From: Acidimicrobiia bacterium
GTDB taxonomy: Bacteria; Actinomycetota; Acidimicrobiia; Acidimicrobiales; CATQHL01
Direction of reading: 5' to 3'
NCBI GenBank assembly: GCA_021296415.1
Contig: JAGWAL010000013.1
Location: 12,158-74,116, forward strand
DNA length: 61,959 bases
The notes beneath the pieces were generated by a model that was given only the letters and a program-made list of their open reading frames with translations, was not told where the DNA came from and searched no databases. Positions 59,394 to 61,959 of this stretch are shown here, piece after piece. The number at the start of each line of letters is the position of its first letter. Position 1 is the stretch's first letter. The position numbers and the translations under genes were made by a program.

Positions 59394-60417
59394 GCCGGGC
59401 TCCCGGAGCAGGGTCGGCGGGAACCGAATCCGCCGGTTGCGCGGTGCGGCGGGTCCCGGACGGGGCGGACGCGGCAGCCTCGGCGGCGGCACCGCTGCCC
59501 AGCAGCCTGAACAGCACGGCCATGCGTATCGCCACCCCGTTGGCGACCTGCTCGGTGATCGTGGCGCAGTGCATCTCGGGCACCTCGGCGCCGATCTCGA
59601 CGCCGCGGTTCATGGGACCGGGGTGCATGACGATGGCGTGGTCGGCGAGGCGCGCCACGCGCTCGGCGCTCAAACCGAAGCGCTCGTGGAACTCCCGCAG
59701 GCTGGGCAGCAGGGCCGCGTCCTGGCGCTCGCGCTGCAGGCGCAGCAGGTACACCACGTCGGCGCGCGGCAGCACGTCGTCGAGGCGGCTGCTGACCGCG
59801 ACCTTCCAGGAGTCCACCGCGGGCGGAAGCAGCGTGGCCGGCGCCACCAGCGTGACCTCGGCGTCGAGTGCCTGCAGCGCCGCCACGAGGGAGCGGGCCA
59901 CCCGCGAGTGGGCGATGTCCCCCACCACGGCGACGCGGCGGCCTTCGACGTCGCCCAGACGGCTGCGGATCGTGTAGCAGTCCAGCAGAGCCTGCGTGGG
60001 GTGCTCGTGACGGCCGTCACCGGCGTTGATGACCGAGCAGTCGAGCCAGCGCGAGAGTTGGCTGGCCACCCCGGCGGAGCGGTGCCGTACCACGACGCAG
60101 TCGACGCCGAGAGCGGCGACTGTCTGGGACGTGTCCCGCAGCGACTCTCCCTTGCTGAGCGAGGACCCACCGGCGCTGAACGTCACGGTGTCGGCGGACA
60201 GGCGCTTGGCGGCGGTCTCGAACGAGAGCCGCGTGCGCGTGGAGTCCTCGAAGAACAGCGAGGCCACCGTCCGGCCCCGCAGGGCGGGCACCTTGGGGAT
60301 GGCCCGGGTGTTGACCTCGGCGAAGCTGTCGCCGAGGCGCAGGATCTCGCGGATCCCGTCCCGGCCGAGGTCCGCGACCGACAGCAGATGCCGCGGCCCG
60401 GCTGTTGGACGGCTCAC
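59386..60417 (-). CDS. pyrB: aspartate carbamoyltransferase catalytic subunit
   Basis: ORF 59386..60417, ...FFEDSTRTRLSFE...HEHPTQALLD...HPGPMNRG... Confidence 0.95.
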   Translation of the reverse strand: MSRPTAGPRHLLSVADLGRDGIREILRLGDSFAEVNTRAIPKVPALRGRTVASLFFEDSTRTRLSFETAAKRLSADTVTFSAGGSSLSKGESLRDTSQTVAALGVDCVVVRHRSAGVASQLSRWLDCSVINAGDGRHEHPTQALLDCYTIRSRLGDVEGRRVAVVGDIAHSRVARSLVAALQALDAEVTLVAPATLLPPAVDSWKVAVSSRLDDVLPRADVVYLLRLQRERQDAALLPSLREFHERFGLSAERVARLADHAIVMHPGPMNRGVEIGAEVPEMHCATITEQVANGVAIRMAVLFRLLGSGAAAEAAASAPSGTRRTAQPADSVPADPAPGARRD

Positions 60418-60430
60418 GAAGCGATCCTCC

Positions 60431-60928
60431 TCAGGTCACCACGCCGAGGGAGACGCCGCCGGCGCTCACGTCCACCATCTCGTCGGCGCGCGTCGGCAGG
60501 TTCTTTCCCACGTAGTCGGCGCGGATGGGCAACTCGCGGTGCCCGCGGTCCACCATGACGGCCAGCTGCACGGCGCGGGGGCGACCGAAGTCGCACACCG
60601 CGTCCAGCGCCGCTCGCACCGTGCGGCCCGTGTACAGAACGTCGTCCACCAGGATCACGGTCCGGCCCGTCAGATCCTCGTCGATGACCGTGGGCGCCTG
60701 CACCACGACAGGTCGGAGCCCGATGTCGTCACGATGCATCGCCACGTCCAGGGATCCACAGGAGACCGCCGCGCCGTCGATCTCGGCGAGCAGCGCCGCC
60801 AGCCGCTCCGCCAGGAACACGCCACCGATCTGCAGGCCGACGAGCACGAGGTCCTCGGTGCCGCCGTTGCGCTCGATGATCTCGTGCGCCATGCGTCGCA
60901 GCGCCCGCTCCAGCGCGGCGGCATCCAT
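60431..60928 (-). CDS. pyrR: bifunctional pyr operon regulator / uracil phosphoribosyltransferase PyrR (true start probably upstream at a non-canonical codon)
   Basis: ORF 60431..60928, ...RMAHEIIERNGG...VILVDDVLYTGRTVRAALDA...VDRGHRELPIRADYVG... The frame is open up to 61054. Confidence 0.9.
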   Translation of the reverse strand: MDAAALERALRRMAHEIIERNGGTEDLVLVGLQIGGVFLAERLAALLAEIDGAAVSCGSLDVAMHRDDIGLRPVVVQAPTVIDEDLTGRTVILVDDVLYTGRTVRAALDAVCDFGRPRAVQLAVMVDRGHRELPIRADYVGKNLPTRADEMVDVSAGGVSLGVVT

Positions 60929-61070
60929 GACCTGCGTGCGGGGGACGTAATCGCCCGCGGTGCCGATGTGGCGAGCGGGAGCGGGAGACGCACCGGCGAC
61001 GCCGGAGAAAGGGGGCGACGCCGCCCGGGCTCTGCGCTCGCGGTCAGACAGCGTTCAACCTCCGGTCCGT

Positions 61071-61090
61071 GCGGGCCTCACAGGACCCGC
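61071..61090 (-). promoter_or_regulatory. PyrR-binding-loop-like RNA hairpin in the pyr leader
   Basis: The minus strand reads GCGGG-UCCUGUGAGG-CCCGC. The loop resembles the PyrR box UCCAGAGAGG. GGAGG follows 7 nt downstream (61063..61059). Confidence 0.55.
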
Positions 61091-61169
61091 TTAACGGTCG
61101 GGTGACGGTACCACGACAGCACCCCCGAACCACGCACCCCCGCCGTGCGGTGACCGACCGACCGGCCTG

Positions 61170-61604
61170 TCAGCTATCGTGCCGAACCCGGCGGGCGATG
61201 GTTGCCAGGACGCCGTTCACGAAGCGGCCGGACGACGCCGTGGAGTAGAGATTGGCGAGCTCCACGGCCTCGTTGAGGACGACCGCCGCGGGCACCTGTC
61301 CCCGGTGCGCCAGCTCGTAGACGGCGAGTCGCAGGATGGCCCGGTCGACGGGTGCCATGCGCGGCACCGACCAATCGACGGCCACCTCCTCCAGCAAGGC
61401 ATCGATGGCCGCCGCGTGGGTCGCCACGCCCTCGATCATCTCGACCGCCAGCGGTGCCGGCGGCAGGTCCTGGCAACTCAGCAGGTCGAGAATGCCAACC
61501 TCACGCGCCTCGGCCTCGTAGAGGAGCCCCAGTGCCCGCTCGCGCGCCCGGCGGGCGTCGCTGCGGGCGCCCGGCGTGGCGTCGGGGTCGGGCCGCTGAC
61601 TCAC
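61170..61604 (-). CDS. nusB: transcription antitermination factor NusB
   Basis: ORF 61170..61604, ...RERALGLLYEAE...DRAILRLAVYEL...INEAVELA-like...FVNGVL... Confidence 0.9.
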   Translation of the reverse strand: MSQRPDPDATPGARSDARRARERALGLLYEAEAREVGILDLLSCQDLPPAPLAVEMIEGVATHAAAIDALLEEVAVDWSVPRMAPVDRAILRLAVYELAHRGQVPAAVVLNEAVELANLYSTASSGRFVNGVLATIARRVRHDS

Positions 61605-61959
61605 CCTCGGGCGATGTACTGGCCCGTGCGGGTGTCCACCTTGATGCGCTCCCCGGGCTCGATGAACAGCGGCACCGCCACGACCAGACCCGTCTCGGTG
61701 ACCGCCGGCTTGGTGGCGCCCGAGACCCGGTCGCCCTGGATGCCGGGCTCGGTCTCGGTGATCGCCAGGATGACCGCGGCGGGCAGGTCGGTCCCCACGA
61801 TCTCGCTGCCGTACATCTGCAGGATGACCGAGTCGCCCTCGACGATGTAGCTGCCGGTCTCGCCCAGCGTGGCCTCCTCGACGTAAAGCTGCTCGTAGGT
61901 CTCGCCGTCCATGAATACCCGGGCCTCGCCGTCGCGGTACAGGTACTGCATGGAGCGCT
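61601..61959 (-). CDS. efp: elongation factor P (5' end outside the window)
   Basis: ORF 61601..61951 continues to the window edge, ...GDSVILQMY...KPAVTETGLVVAVPLFIEPGERIKVDTRTGQYIARG. Confidence 0.92.
   Translation of the reverse strand, partial: RSMQYLYRDGEARVFMDGETYEQLYVEEATLGETGSYIVEGDSVILQMYGSEIVGTDLPAAVILAITETEPGIQGDRVSGATKPAVTETGLVVAVPLFIEPGERIKVDTRTGQYIARG

Overview
High-G+C (about 70 % by eye), almost fully coding chromosome segment whose gene order is typical of Actinomycetota. The backbone runs on the minus strand. It comprises argB-argJ-argC, pheT-pheS, a TrmH-type methyltransferase, rplT-rpmI-infC, fmt-def, priA, metK, coaBC, rpoZ, gmk, mihF, pyrF, pyrD, carB-carA, pyrC-pyrB-pyrR, nusB and efp, with hisG and a DUF1844 gene on the plus strand. 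Two accessory catabolic blocks interrupt this backbone. Block 1 (about 13.0-35.6 kb) carries an HpaE-like aldehyde dehydrogenase, an ACAD-fold protein, three cytochrome P450s, an acetoacetate-decarboxylase-family protein and two FAH-fold proteins. It also carries a Liv-type ABC importer with ADH, P450 and CoA-transferase genes embedded between its two ATPase genes. Its right half combines a glutamine-synthetase-like ligase, MarR, an HpaD-like extradiol dioxygenase, a cupin, an MhpA-like flavoprotein and a P450 coupled to a class I amidotransferase. Block 2 (about 39.1-48.9 kb) carries a P450-nitrilase-gentisate-dioxygenase-like operon. Divergent from it is a PaaX-like regulator with an alpha/beta hydrolase, an ACAD-fold protein and a NicX-like dioxygenase, followed by a secreted CapA-VanY fusion protein with a near-identical internal tandem duplication. 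I saw no rRNA, tRNA, CRISPR array, transposase or integrase. The candidates for something new are a putative gamma-glutamylation + P450 + meta-cleavage amine pathway and the P450-nitrilase-cupin operon with its NicX/NicD-like partner module. Smaller oddities include a frameshifted priA, gmk and pyrR lacking canonical start codons at the expected N-terminus, a REP-like hairpin family and several intergenic repeat arrays. All family calls rest on motif recognition by eye, not on database searches.
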